Shown here piece after piece: positions 63,735 through 64,000 of a DNA stretch of 64,000 nt. Source of the DNA: an uncultured Verrucomicrobiae bacterium (lineage in GTDB: Bacteria > Verrucomicrobiota > Verrucomicrobiia > Chthoniobacterales > JAFAMB01); assembly GCA_963782115.1 (NCBI GenBank), contig CAWAIK010000001.1, positions 576,001 to 640,000 of the forward strand, read 5' to 3'. The position numbers and the translations under genes were made by a program. The notes beneath the pieces were generated by a model, which was not told where the DNA came from, did not search any database, and was given only the letters and a program-made list of their open reading frames with translations. Positions within the stretch are counted from its first letter, which is position 1; every line of letters begins with the position of its first letter.

Positions 63735-64000
63735 ATCGGCTTTTCCTTAGGTGCGAGTGAAGGGTAAATCGACTTTATATACGGCTAGCTCGAATATTTC
63801 CCCCAGCCAGTCCACATGCCTCGCGTCCTGTCGCTGTACGGCATGGTGGAGCTGGACGCGCAGAAAACGTGCTGCAGCGCCGCCCATTCCGCGTCGGCCC
63901 ACGTAATCACCACCGCCGACGCCTTTGGCGGCTCTCCCTCCGACGCCGGGCAGCAGGCGCGGCGCCTGCTTGCCGACGAGTTCGTAGGTCACGGCAGGCA

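Noticed and set aside
63747..64000. Terminal minus-strand ORF
   Set aside because: It is cut by the window edge. An alternative frame (AVVITWADAEWAALQHVF) looks more protein-like, but it is too short to call.

Overview
This is a bacterial window. Several lineage-typical proteins suggest a soil Verrucomicrobiota/Chthoniobacterales genome, but that assignment is inference. About 1-38 kb is a heavily decayed accessory region: TetR/LysR-regulated oxidoreductases, an acrAB-type RND pump split by an IS701 fragment, an intact IS630, IS1380/IS630/integrase remnants, many fused gene halves and a duplicated SRPBCC segment. It also holds an ECF sigma/zf-HC2/DoxX set sharing a TGTAAGG-N15-CGAC motif. At 39-43.6 kb is an intact iolD-iolG-iolB inositol module. 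At 47.4-50.4 kb is the most structured novelty: a REP-associated HUH/Y1 transposase (RAYT) enclosed by ~64-bp imperfect terminal inverted repeats, with a 43-aa lipoprotein ORF inside them. It is followed by an array of GACCTGTCCC repeats and a diverged, mostly synonymous copy of part of the neighbouring methyltransferase gene. At 50.4-62 kb are core-like genes (MidA-type methyltransferase, PBP1A, gluconolactonase, UxaA family, metG, TPR, SurA/PpiD-like); those at 51.7-57.5 kb are densely frameshifted, probably through assembly error. The end contains plasmid rep-like, traL-like and DyP peroxidase remnants. A 91-bp insert in the O-methyltransferase, flanked by CGAA repeats, encodes the lysyl-oxidase cofactor motif. 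No rRNA, tRNA or CRISPR array was recognised. All family calls come from motif recognition by eye; no database searches were run.
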